This document shows positions 1-11,943 of a stretch of 64,000 nucleotides of DNA, one piece after another (within the stretch, counting starts at the first letter, position 1; each line of letters begins with the position of its first letter). The notes beneath the pieces are model-generated. The model had not been told where the DNA came from and searched no databases. It worked only from the letters and a program-made list of their open reading frames with translations. A program made the translations under genes and the position numbers. This stretch comes from Squalus acanthias (taxonomy: Eukaryota), in NCBI GenBank assembly GCA_030390025.1, contig CM059432.1, positions 150,848,001 through 150,912,000 on the forward strand, read 5' to 3'.

Positions 1-1
1 T

Positions 2-1569
2 TTTCAAGGGGCTGAGCTACATTATCCTCCAGTCGAGAAAGAAGCTACAGCCATCATAGAGGCAGTACGGAAGTGGACTCATCTCCTAGCTCGCCAGCAC
101 TTTACCTTAATCACGGACCAGCGATCGGTCGCCTTCATGCTCGATAATCGAAAACGGACCAAAATTAAAAATAATAAAATCCAGCTTTGGCGGCTGGAAT
201 TGGCCTCTTTTGGTTACACCATCCACTATCGACCTGGCAAGGAGAATGTGGCTCCGGATACCCTCACACGAGCATTCTGCTCCGCCATGGCACCCTCTAC
301 GCTCGTAGACATCCATGATGGGTTGTGTCATCCGGGCGTTACTCGCATGCTACACTTCGTGCGGTCCCGAAATCTCCCATTCTCTACCGGGGATGTAAAG
401 AAGATGTGCTCGGACTGCAGAGTCTGTGCGGAATTGAAACCTCAGTTTTTCCGCCCCTCGGGTGGTATACTCATACATGCGACCCAGCCAATGCAACGGC
501 TTAGCATCGATTTTAAGGGGCCGTTGCCCTCTTCAACTCGCAACACTTATCTATTGACCATGGTCGATGAGTATTCCCGTTTTCCGTTTGCCTTTCCCTG
601 CCCCAATATGCTGACGACCACGGTTATCAGCTGCCTTGAGCAGGTATTTGCTTTCTGTGGCATGGCATCCTATGTTCATTCGGATCGGGGCCCTTCTTTA
701 TGTCAGGAGAACTCAAGGCCTATCTCTCGGAACGGGGTATTGCTGCCAGCAGAACGACGCCTTATCATCCGGTCGGGAATGGGCAAGTCGAGCGTTTTAA
801 CGCTATCATCTGGAATGCGGTACGTCTGGCTTTGAGATCTCGGGGCCTACCCAACCAGCAATGGGAAGCAGTACTTCCAGACGCATTACACTCCACACGG
901 TCCCTCCTTTCGACCGCCACAAATACGACGCCTCATGAACGGTTCTTCCGATTTCAGCGTCGCTCATCCTATGGGATATCTCTCCCGTCGTGGCTGACTG
1001 CACCGGGACCAGTGCTACTCCGAAGATATGTTCGAGCGTCTAAGAATGACCCCCTGGTAGATGAGGTTGAGCTCACTGACGTCAACCCTACCTACGCCTA
1101 TATTCGGTATCCTGACGGTCGGGAATCTACCGTGTCATTGCGGGATCTGGCTCCCTGCCCGCCGAAACATAGAGGGACACCAGGGGATGATATTGTACCA
1201 GGCACATCTCTGGGCTCGCCAGGTGCCTCTCATCACGATCTGGATCTGACGCCGGCTGGTACCTCACTCCAGCGTGCCGACCTGGGGCAGACTGACTATG
1301 AGCCCGTCGGGGCTCGCACGCGCAGCCACGATCCACCCCGTACCATACGCTCGGAAACAGATCTGCCACAGCCCTGCCCGACACCCGTTCGGGCACCAGT
1401 ACACAGTCAGGATCGTCCTGACCCCTCACAGAGCGGGCTGGATCACTCGGACTCTGGTCCACGGCCCGCGGCGGGTAAACGGGCTAGGGGCCCTCTACCG
1501 CTACGAGAACCCAAACGGGTGCGGCTCTCCCTCGTCCAGCGGCTACGAAATGGAGGGAGAATGTGGTAA
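2..1569 (+). pseudogene. pol: Gypsy pol C-terminus (RNase H + integrase) with one frameshift near 697-700
   Basis: ORFs 137..835 and 700..1569 join at SDRGPS/MSGELK through a single-base frameshift. Confidence 0.9.
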
Positions 1570-1632
1570 CACAATACAGCTTCCTGTGACTCGAACTTCA
1601 TCCCGGCCTCCTAATCTTTTGGGGGGGGAGAA

Positions 1633-1826
1633 TGTGGTAACACAATACAGCTTCCTGTGACTCGAACTTTATTACATCACTTCCTGTGATTAGTCCAGGA
1701 TAAATACTGGGCTGATCAGTGGGATCCTGGAGAGGCATAGAGTAAGACCTCTTTTGTATGTAGCAACTTTTTAGTTGATTAAAGCTTACTTTAAGTTCAC
1801 CACGCGTAAGGCTCATTCTTACGACA
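1633..1826 (+). repeat. 3' LTR (194 bp)
   Basis: Follows PPT GGGGGGGGAGAA; starts TGTGGTAA and ends TTACGACA (8-bp inverted termini, 1 mismatch). Confidence 0.85.
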
Positions 1827-3517
1827 CACAGTTCATTGTAGAGATGCTCTATGGTGGCGAAGTGGGGTCATGCCAACCTTCATGTGCATGTGGCAGCCAC
1901 ATGTCTGTGGTGTCTAAAGTTAGGTGAATCTGCTGTGGTTTAGGCCATCCCTGGCATCACAGGCAGAATGTGCTCGCGTGCTGATCGCACTGGGTCAGCT
2001 GCCTCCTCCAGGTGTTCCTCATCTGCAGCCTCATTTGGCTCTTCCTCCTCCTCCTCTGAAGAGGCTGTGCGCTCTGCGACTTGTTCCTCATGCAGCGCTA
2101 ATCCTCACTGCAGTGCGATGTTGTTCAGGGCACAGCAGACAACTATGCTTCTCGAGACCCTGGCTGGTGCGTACTGTAGGGCTCCACCAGATCTGTCCAG
2201 GCATCTGAAGCGCATTTTGAGCAACCCTATTGTTTGTGCTCTATGACACTTCGGGTGGAAATGTGGCTCTGATTGTAGCGCTCCTCAGACTCATTTGATG
2301 GCCTCCTTATTGGTGTCATTAGCTACGTCTTCAGGGGATAGCCCTCGTCTCCAAGGAGCCAGCTGGAAAGTTCATTTGGTGGAGCAAAGAGCTGAGGCAC
2401 AGTATACTGGCGTAGGATGTAAGAGTCATGGCTGCTGCCAGGGAATTTGGCGCACACATGCATGATGCTCTTCCTATGGTTGCACACCAGCTGCACATTG
2501 AGGGACGGAAGCCCTTGCGGTTCATAAATACTGCTGGGTTCTGATGGGGTGCCCTGATGGCCACATGGGTGCAGTTGATGACGCCCTGCACCTGTGGGAA
2601 GCCAGCCAGAGCGGCAAAGCCGAGCGCCCGCTCGGTAACATTGGCTTCATCAGTGGATAAGTGGATGTAATTGGCGGACTTGGCAAAGGGGGCATTGGTA
2701 ACCTGCGTGATGCATCTGTGGGCGGCCGACTGGGAGATGCCGTTAATGTCTGCTGCTGATCCCTGGAAGGACCCTGATGCAAAGAAGTTGAGGGCGGTGG
2801 TGACTTTGACAGCCACTGATAAGGCGTGTCCACCTGCTCCTCTGGGCTGCAGGTCCTGATCGAGCATTGTGCAGATGTCAGCGACTACCTCTCGCGGAAG
2901 TCTCAGCCTCCTTTGGCACTGCTGCTCAGTCATGTTGAGTAAGCTCATCCTCTGCCTGCAAACCCTGTGTTGGGGGTATCTCCTGTGGCGTGGTGCAGCC
3001 CTGCGCTGACGCCCTCTGCCCTGTGCAGCATCAGGTGGTTGAGGAGAAGGTTGGCGCTCCTGTTGTTGGTGCTGCTGGTGTGTCTGGTTCTGCTGCTGCT
3101 GCGGCTGATCCTCTTCAGATTCTGAGGACCAGGATGAGAGGGTGTAAATGGTTCCCATTCTGCTGTTATATCTGGCAGTTGAGGATGAGATGTTATAAGC
3201 AGTAAGTCAATAGGGAGAGAGGTTATTCCAAGGAGGTGACAGTGCAGATAGAGTTTAAAACACACACTTACAGCCTCAATACAGATCAAATGTGTCTTCC
3301 AAATCCTGAAATCAGCAACCTCTGACATTTGAAAGTGAACAGATATGAGAGTTTAGCTTTTATGCTGCAGTTGCAGCTGTGATCTATTCAGCTCATTGGA
3401 ACTCCCGACATACTCACCTGACGTGATCTGCGAACGACGTGAAACCCGTTGAAAATGTGGCAAAATAGAAAAAGGCTGGCAAAATAGCAGGTAACGAGCA
3501 CTTAACAAGCAGTTAAG
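1827..3517 (-). mobile_element. PIF/Harbinger transposon remnant with HARBI1-like transposase pseudogene (ORF 2331..3158)
   Basis: FFASGSFQ...[10 protein letters not shown]...[14 protein letters not shown]; after a frameshift near 2510 continues NVQLVC...[11 protein letters not shown]...LLGDEGYP; first catalytic D changed to N. Confidence 0.9.
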
Positions 3518-3876
3518 TATCAGAGCAGCAGTGATACCCGCCCTGCTGTATGCCTCAGAGACATGGACCATGTACAGCAGGCACCTCAAAGCACTGGAGA
3601 GATACCACCAACGCTGCCTCCGCAAGATCCTGCAAATCCATTGGCAGGATAGGCGCACCAACATCAGTGTTCTCGCTCAGGCCAACATCCCCAGCATCGA
3701 AGCTTTGACCACGCTCGATCAGCTCCGATGGACGGGCCACATTGTCTGCATGCCCGATACGAGACTCCCAAAACAAGCGCTCTACTTGGAGCTCCGACAC
3801 GGTAAGAGAGCCCCAGGTGGGCAGAGGAAACACTTCAAGGACACCCTCAAAGCCTCCTTGAAAAAGTGCAACATCT
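3518..3876 (+). mobile_element. RTE-clade LINE fragment
   Basis: IPALLYASETW...LRWTGHIVCMPDTRLPKQ, nearly identical to the RTE ORF at 61004..62203. Confidence 0.9.
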
Positions 3877-6400
3877 TAGTGATGGTGCATCAGAAGCTCA
3901 TCTCAGGGTCAACTATGACACCAATGTTGCAAACAGTCTGGCTCAGCCTTCGACAGCAGCCAGGGAGAGGGATGGAGTCAGTGGCTAGTGAACAGAGTTT
4001 GTGGCAGGGACCGAAAACAATGGCTTCGGCCTTCCCAATATTTAGCTGGAGGAAATTTCTGCTCATTCAGAACTGGATGTCGGACCAGCAGAGTGTCAAT
4101 TTAGAGACCATGGCGGGATCGAGAAAGGTGGTGGTGAGGTAGATCTGGGTGTCGTCAGTGTACACGTGGAAACTGACTGTGTTTTCGGATGATGTCGCCA
4201 AGGGGCAGCTTGCAGATGAGAAATAGGAGGGGCCATGGATAGATCCTTGGGGGACACCAGAGATAATGATGCGGGAGAGGAGCCAGTGTAGGTGATTCTC
4301 TGGCTTTGACTGGATAGATAAGAATGGAACCAGGCGAGTGCAGTCCCACCCAGCTGGATGACGGTGGAGAGGCGTTGGAGAAGGATGGAGTGGTCAACCG
4401 TGTCAAAGGCTGCAGACAGGTCAAGAAGGACAAGGAGGGATAGTTTACCTTTGTCACAGTCACAAAGGATGTCATTTGCGACTTTGATAAGAGCCGTTTC
4501 GGTACTGTGGCAAGGGCGGAAACCTGATTGTGGGCTGCGGGGGGTAGGGGGGGAATTCAAACATGGAGTTCCGGGAAAGGCGGGCACGGATTTGGGAGGC
4601 GACAGCACATTCAAGGACTTTGGAGAAGAAAGGGAGGTGGGAGATGGGGTGGTAGTTAGCAAGGACGGAGGGGTTAAGGGTTGCTTTTTTTAAGGAGAGG
4701 TGTGATGATGACAGATTTGAAGGAGAGGGGACAGTACCTGAGGAGAGGGAGCCATTAACAATATCAGCTCACATGGAGCCAGGAAGGGAAGTTGGGTGGT
4801 CAGCAGCTTAGTGGGAATAGGGTCGAGGGAACAGGAGATGGGTCTCATGGACAAGATGAGCTTGGAGAGGGCATGTTGGGAGATAGGTAAAAAAATAGAG
4901 AAAGATCCAAGTTCAGGGCTAGGGCAGGGGGGAACCTTAGAGCAAGTTTGGCCCGGTGGGCTAGGGGAAGAGAGGAAAGTGGCAGAGGCAACTGATCAGA
5001 TGGTCTCAATCTTTGTGACAAAGAAGTCCATGAGCTCCTCGCACTTGTTGGAGGTGAGGGTGGAGAAGGCAGGGGAGAGGGGTTTAAGAAGATGGTTTTT
5101 AGTAGAGAAATGAAGCCGGGGGTTATCTTTGCAATCCAGGATGATCTTGGAATAGTGAGCAGTTTTGGCCGAGGAGAGCAGGACCCGATAGTGCTTTATG
5201 TGGCCCAGCCAGATCTGGCTGTGAATGGGTAAAACATTCTGCAATAGTTGTCCGCAATATTTATTCAAGTCTCCGTCCCTTGGACTTAAGGGAGTGGAGA
5301 TGAGGGACGTACCAGGGGGAATGGCCAGGGTAAGAGAGAGTAAAGGTTTTAATGGGGACTAGGGCATCAAGGGTGGAGGTAAGGGTATGTTTGAGTAGAT
5401 CGGTAGCTGCAGAAAGGTCATGGTGAATGGAGGGCCAAAGGCTGGACAGTTGGGATTTCGTAAGTGCAGTTGTAAGAGAGTTGGGAGAGTATTTTTTCCA
5501 GGGGCGGACACAGAAGGAAGTAGGGTTGGGTGGGTGGGTGGGGGGTAGGGGGATGTGGGTGGAGAGCGATACAAGGAACTGATCAGAGATGGCCTTATCT
5601 GTGATTGACACAATGGGAGTAGTGAGGCCACATGAGATGGCAAGTTCAAGGGGGTGGCCTTTAATATGGGTTGGGGAGTTTATATGGAGGGAGAGATTAA
5701 GGGAGGATAGGAGGCTAGTGAACTCAGAGGAGAGAGAGTATGATGAATTGAGAGGGAGGTTGAAATCACCGAGAATGAGAAGTCACTCAGTGGAGAGGCT
5801 AAAGGAGGAAAGCAGTGAAGATATTGTGGTGAGAAAATTTTTATGGTACTTGGATGGGCAGTAGAGAACGAGAATTTTAAATGAGAGGTGAGAGGGGTAG
5901 AACAAGGTGAGATAATCAAAGGAGGAGAAAGTGCCGGTGGAGTAGGGGGATAGACCAAGGCGTGATTTGATGATAAGAACCACACTGTGACGGTCTGGGC
6001 GGGGCAAGTGGTGGAAGGTATAGCCAGGCGGGGAGGCTTCATTTAGAGGGGAGGTATCATCAGCCCTCAGCCAGGTTTCCATCAAGGCCTTGATGTCGAT
6101 GCAATCATCCACAATAAGCTCATGGTTGGCAAGGGCCTTGTTCACAAGTGAACAGATATTCTGGAGGGAGATGCGGAGAGGGGCAGTGATGGCTGATCCA
6201 CTGGCAGAGTCCACAGGAGGGCTGAGTTGGATGGGAAAGAGATTGGCAAGATTAGTCCCCTGGGTATGCTCAGCGGAAAGGTCAGCAAGAGAGTAGGATG
6301 GGACAGTTGGGGTTGCTGTCCTTAAGGAGGCAGCGATGAGTTCCTTGATTGGCCCTTCGGAGGATGCCAGGGGAGGCACAGGGGAAAGCTGTAGGCTTAT
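3877..6400 (-). mobile_element. Degraded L2-clade LINE ORF2 (APE endonuclease + RT)
   Basis: EN start SLQNICSLVNK...METWL; RT motifs [14 protein letters not shown] and [16 protein letters not shown]; many frameshifts. Confidence 0.85.
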
Positions 6401-6669
6401 CTAAGAGGGATAGTAGGAAGGTCGAGGAGTGCTGAAGAGTTGGGGTAAGGATTTGGGAGGGCAGAGTATCTGAGAGGGGAGAAATGAAAGGAGGCATGAT
6501 GACAGGAGAGAGGAATCTTGAAGAGGTATAGAGAAAAAAAGTAAAAAAGGGGAGATAAAAGTGGAAATAGAAGTGATGGGCTCGGGTCTGGAACGGCAGC
6601 CAAAACACTCACGCAAATGGACACAGGGAAAACTCAAGTTACGTAGGCCTGGTTATGTGGTAATTATTA

Positions 6670-6928
6670 GAAAAAAGAAAGACTTGCATTTATACAGCGC
6701 CTTTCACGACCACCGAACATCCCAAAGCGCTTTACAGCCAATTAAATACTTTTTGAAGTGTAGTCACTGTTGTAATGTAGGAAACGCGGCAGCCAATTTG
6801 CGCACAGCAAGCTCCCACAAACAGCAATTTGATAATGACCAGATAATCTGTTTTAGTGATGTTGATTGAGGGATAAATATTGGCCAGGACACTGGGGATA
6901 ACTCCCCTGCTGTTCTTCGAAATAGTGC
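6670..6928 (-). mobile_element. 3' half of DeuSINE-like SINE
   Basis: Reverse complement matches the 3' half of the full-length SINEs at 24899 and 34112 (tail GGCGCTGTATAAATGCAAG). Confidence 0.8.
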
Positions 6929-6949
6929 ATATATCCTGGTAGTTTAATT

Positions 6950-7905
6950 TAATGAGCATACCGTCATCATCAAAGGTTTCATCCTCGCCCTGTGCCACGG
7001 CCTCTGAAGACTCCAGCAAAGTCTAGTCCATGAAGTTAAGTTGTGCAGCCGTGCATGCCCCCTGCCTGTTTGTTCCTGCTCTCTCCTGTTATAAGCCACC
7101 TTGGCTTGTAAGAGAAAGGGAAGTGTCAGTGAGTGTGGTGCAGTGTGTTTGCGTGATGTGCCTGTCATGGTTAAATAACTGGCATTGTGTGCAAGGTGTG
7201 AGATTGTGGGTGTGTGGCTTGCAGCAGTGGTGAGGGTGAGGTTTAGCTTTGATTGTGAGGTATGAGTGGTGATTGCTAGAGATTGTTGGTAGGTGAGTGA
7301 TGGGGATGTGCTGTATTGAGCAGTGTGTGAGGCTAGTGGTGCAGATGGTGGGATATGGCAATTAAGGATGAATTCACTGACCTTGACCACTTGAGTGAGG
7401 TCACTAAACGTCTTCCGGCACTGGATCCAGGTCCTGGCAGCAACACTGGTGGCTTCTGCTATTTCCTCCCACTGCCTTCTTACAGTGTGCCTTGAAGGCC
7501 TCCTGCCCCTTTGAGGGTAGAGGACCTCTCTCCTCCTGTACACCCCCTGCACCAAGGCCTCCAGTGCAGGCTCTCCTCCCTGTTGAGACATATTCTATTG
7601 CTCTAGCTCCACCAACAATGAGGTCCTTCTGAATCAGAGCAACTCCCCTTCAAAAAGTGCAGAACAGCCGGTGACTGCAGGCAACCTTTAAATGTAGAGC
7701 AGACTGCACAGGATGTTGGGCCCCTTGTTGAGCGCTGAGGCAACCAGCAGAGCTAGAGCGCTTAGCGCTGGACCCAGCACTCCAATCATGGTAATGAGCA
7801 GGCAGCACGAATTTCACATGCTGCCTGCACCACTTTTAACGGGCGTGGGCAGATCGCACATCGCGATCCCCATGCCCGCTTTCCAGCCTAATCGAATTTT
7901 GCTCA
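6950..7905 (-). mobile_element. Harbinger-derived remnant with spliced Myb/SANT-like gene exons
   Basis: LEALVQGVYRRREVLYP...QWEEIA...RTWIQCRKTFSDL, then GT donor, intron and second exon AKVAYNRRE; homologous to 28403-28639. Confidence 0.8.
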
Positions 7906-8342
7906 CTAGAAGTGGAATAGCAGTCACATAGAGTGCAATACTCAAATCTAAGCTCAGACATAAGGAAAAATCACGTGAGCAAGGTACTCGAGGACTACTG
8001 ATGTCTGTGGGGCAACAGCCCAGCATCAACTTAGGGGGGGAAAAATTGTGATTCTCTCTCTTCCCCTTGACATCCAAAAAATCTTGCACTAAACAGTTCA
8101 CTTAGTACTTGTTTTCACCGTGTTGCACTGCTTCTCCAGGGGTTCACCGATCTCCTGCCAAAGTTACAACAGAAGACTGGGACAACCCTGAAAGAAATAC
8201 AGGGCTCTTATTTATTGTGACTGTGTTTAAAGGGAGAGCGGCCAAGCCAAAACTGGACCAACAAAAATACTACATTCTTGTCACAATGATATTTCAGCCA
8301 ATCAGGTGTATGTGTATTGTACACCTTCAAGTTTGACACTTT

Positions 8343-9133
8343 GGGGGCGATTTTGGGAATGGGGGCGCATTGGAGGCAGGACTGCTGCTTGTCAGGTTTT
8401 AGTCCCACCTCCATCAACTTGTGGCCAACCCACGCTATTTTCCTTTGATTGACCTTGTTAAGCCCGTCCAGCGGGTTTAGCAGGCCAATTAAGGGAAAGC
8501 CGGTTGCAAAGAACGTCAGCGTATGATGTTTCAGCTGTCAAAAATTTTTGACAGATGAATTGTCATTGTTTGACAGCTCTGTGAAGCTGTCAAACACTGA
8601 CATTCTCTGTAGTTTGATGAGGTCTTGCATTCAGGACCCCATCAACCTTCTTTCTTTTACAGAAATTAGATGGTTGTTGCATCTGAGAATGCAATGGCCA
8701 TCTGTCATCTGCAACACGGAGGTGCGAGACTCTCCGCATACCCACCGATTGAAGCCTGCAGGAAGAAAAAAGGTAAGTAGACTTTTAAGAACTCTTTGCA
8801 CTTACCTCAGATACTCACCTCTCTACACTTGCACCCATCACTTACCTTCACGCCACACTTTTGCACCCCGACCCCCGCAGACCCAGTACTCGCCTCACTG
8901 AGCTGGCAGGTTTCGGAGCCTTCGGGAAGCCCGCACTTGTGAGGGCAAAAAGGGGATAATCCTATTTTATGCTTGTTAACTACCTGTTAACAGGCAGTTA
9001 ATAGGCTTTAATCCCTTCCTGCCGCCAAGGAGACGGGACCTGGTGCGGGACGGCTACCCGCCCCCAAATTCTGCCATTTTTCCGGCAGTCCCGCCTCCAT
9101 ACCCGCCTCCTCAGGGCTGGCAAAATCGCCCCC
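8343..9133. mobile_element. MITE (Harbinger/Tourist-like)
   Basis: TIR GGGGGCGATTTTG / CAAAATCGCCCCC; 3-bp TSD TTT; shares internal hairpin with 23425 and 31981 copies (opposite orientation). Confidence 0.85.
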
Positions 9134-9670
9134 TTTGAGGTGTGACAGGCAGATGCTTGATGCAAAACTTTTAATAATATAAATACATTTTTTGCCCAAG
9201 ATATGGTATACAGATCTCGTGAATTTCACAGGGAACTTATCAATGCAGAAGGATTCTTGCAGCTTTGAACAAAAAATGTAATTTTGTTCATATTATTTAT
9301 ATTTTAGATGAAAATGCTCCCTGAGCTGACACATACCAGAAATGGAGGTTAGTCCAGTTTTAGGTAGTTTACCTTTTGTGCATGGATCAGTATACTTAAT
9401 AATTGAACTCGACAGCCATGTCAAAACACTGTATGGTTTAACAGAGAATGGCAGCAGCAAGCTGACAGCTCAGGAGTATCGTTGTCAGGGATTAGTTTCT
9501 ACCTGGAGAATCCTTCGTTACACATGAAGTTGCAATTACATCATATATTGCATGCATAATTGAGCTATTGTCCTGTCAGAGCTTTGACTGATATCCAGTT
9601 GTAACATAGATAGTTGTGATCTAGAACTCACAACTGAACACCTGTGAACCTACCAACAATCAATGATGAT

Positions 9671-9880
9671 ACAATAGCAAAATACTGCGGATGCTGGAAA
9701 TCTGAAATAACAACAGAAAATGCTGGAAACACTCAGCAGGCCAGGCAGCATCGGTGGAGAGAGAAACAGAGTTAACGTTTCAGGTCTGGGACCCTTCATC
9801 AGAACTGGAAAAAGCTGGAGATGTAACAGATTTTAAGCAGGTGCAGAGACAGGGAGAGAGGGGAGGGTGGGAGGGGAGGA
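9671..9880 (-). mobile_element. Penelope-like terminal repeat fragment with hammerhead motif (9770-9806)
   Basis: Matches the 3' terminal region of the element at 11023; minus strand AGTT-CTGATGA-AGGGTCCCAGACCT-GAAACGTT-AACT. Confidence 0.85.
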
Positions 9881-10299
9881 AGGAATTGAAGGAAATCGAG
9901 TCTTGGCAGATACCTGATCAAACACGAGAAGGGAAACTGAAAGCAATGAAGATGAACAAGGTTGAAGAGACAAATGGAAATCCCGTCGGAGAGAAGAGCA
10001 GAACTTCTTCAAGGTGGGCATTCCTAGTTTGCTTGAGATTTGACTCTTGCCCTTATGTAATAAACAAGGCTGACCCAGGGGACTACCCAATGTGATATAT
10101 TTACATCCACATGTGTCACCTATGGGTACAGGAGAAATGCTGACAAATGATGCACGTCCATTTCCCTCAATAACTGCATATTTTCAACTCGGAATTTCTA
10201 CAGAGTTGCAACATGATCAGGTGACGCAACTTGTTGAGCCCATCTCCTTATGCTAACCATTGGCGGCTTCCAGCTGTTCCATGAGCTTTTTCATTGTAG

Positions 10300-10485
10300 C
10301 AATTATATAGCGCCTATCATGACCTCAAGATATCCCAAAGCACTTTGCAGCCAATTAAGAACTTTTGAAGTGTAGTCACTGTTGTAATGTGGGAAACGCG
10401 GCAGCCAATTTGCGCACAGCAAGCTCCCACAAACAGCAATGTGATAATGACCAGATAATCTGTTTTAAGGATAAATATTGGCCAG
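10300..10485 (-). mobile_element. DeuSINE-like SINE 3' fragment
   Basis: Same sequence as 6690-6885 with an internal deletion. Confidence 0.75.
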
Positions 10486-10765
10486 TAATACACATTTATA
10501 CCATGGGGAATTTTTGTGAGCAGGCAATATTACAGTTCAAATTTTAATAATAAAAACCTGTAATCTTAGACTACTGATGCATCCAGGGAATTCTGCGCTG
10601 AATGGCTGAACATTTCTATTTTGATGTTTCAGTTCATGTGCTGTGATGCTGAAAAATCCTCTAATACTTCATTAATAATGCTACTGAAATATCAAGAACA
10701 GCTTTATTACTGTAATACTACTCGATTAAAGTTAATACTAAACTAATCTAAATACCAAATATAAA

Positions 10766-10880
10766 TTAAAAACAGAAAATGCTGAAAATACTCAGCAGGT
10801 CAGGCAGCATCTGTGGAGAGAGAAAAACAGAGTTAGCGTTTCAGGTGGATGACCCTTCGTCAGAACTGGAAAAAGTTAGA
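10766..10880 (-). mobile_element. Penelope-like terminal repeat fragment with degenerate hammerhead motif (10831-10867)
   Basis: Same ~100-bp unit; GAAACGTT changed to GAAACGCT. Confidence 0.8.
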
Positions 10881-11085
10881 AATATTGTGAAGGAATAAGC
10901 CATATAACCTATTCAGAAAAATACACCATTCTATGAAAGAATTCTGGCCTTATTAAAACATGACAAACTGGGTTTGGAAATCTGGAAGCCTCAACAATCT
11001 AAAGCTGTGATAGAATTCTGGCATAACAACAGAAAATGCTGAAAAAACTCAGCAGGCGAGGCAGCATTTGTGGAGAGAGAAACAG

Positions 11086-11122
11086 AGTTAACGTTTCAGG
11101 TCGAAGACCTTTCATCAGAACT
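11086..11122 (-). ncRNA. Minimal type I hammerhead ribozyme motif in the Penelope terminal repeat
   Basis: AGUU-CUGAUGA-AAGGUCUUCGACCU-GAAACGUU-AACU: core boxes CUGANGA and GAAA, stem I AGUU/AACU, stem II AGGUC/GACCU, palindromic ACGU at stem III. Confidence 0.8.
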
Positions 11123-11943
11123 GGAGACAGCAGGAAATCAAATAGATTTAAAGCAAGGATGAAGCTGGGAAAAGGGGGAGGGGATAAAAGAACAAAAGGA
11201 GACATTAAGAGACATTAAGAGACATCAAGGCTAGAGGTGGTGTTAATGTGACAGGTTAAGGCTGAAAGAAGTGTGAAATGCAATGGCAGAATGAAGGTCA
11301 GCTGCCAGCTTCTAGGAGGAAAAAAAAGGGGGGGAGGGGGGCAAATAAAAGGGTGGATGAGAAAATAAAATATAAATGTGATGGGGCTAAGGTTATGATC
11401 TAAAATTGTTGAACTCGATATTGAGTCCAGAGGGCTGTAGCGTGCCTAAACGAAAGATGAGATGCTGTTCCTCGAGCTTACGCTGCGCTTCCGTGGAACA
11501 GTGTATTAGGCCGAGGACGGTGAGGTCAGAATGGGAGTGAAGCGGTGAATTAAAGTGCCAGGCGACCGGGAGCTCGGGGTCCCCCTTACGGACTGAACGG
11601 AGGTGTTCCGCAAAGCGGTCACCCAATCTGTGTTTGGTCTCCCCAATGTAGAGGAGACCACATCGTGAGCAGCGAATACAGTATACTAAATTGCAGGAAG
11701 TACAAGTAAATCGCTGTTTCACCTGGAAAGGGTGTTTGGGGCCCTGGACAGTGGGAAGAGGGGAGGTATAAGGGCATGTGTTGCATCTCCTGCGCTTGCA
11801 CGGGAAGGTGCCGGGCGAAGGGGAAGGGGTGCTGGGGGTGGTAGAGGAGTGGACTACGGTGTCGCGGAGGGAGCGGTCCCTGCGAAATGCTGAAAGGGGA
11901 GGTGAGGGGAAGATGCGTTTGGTGGTGGGATCACGCTGGAGGT

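Larger units (their letters stand above)
1..1826 (+). mobile_element. 3' part of a Ty3/Gypsy LTR retrotransposon (RNase H end, integrase, PPT, 3' LTR)
   Basis: Frame open from nt 2: RNase H-like YPPVEKEATAIIEAVRKW...ITDQ; integrase HHCC (H..LCHPG..C..C) and DDE core (IDFKGP, VDEYSRF, HSDRG, NGQVER); polypurine tract then TG...CA LTR. Confidence 0.95.

Noticed and set aside
2331..3158. Host HARBI1 gene
   Set aside because: Frameshift, catalytic D-to-N change, LTR insertion and related elements nearby indicate a transposon relic
3531..4142. 203-aa ORF as a gene
   Set aside because: RTE fragment reading through into antisense L2
11198..11229. (GAGACATTAA)3 repeat
   Set aside because: Local slippage inside the Penelope terminal repeat
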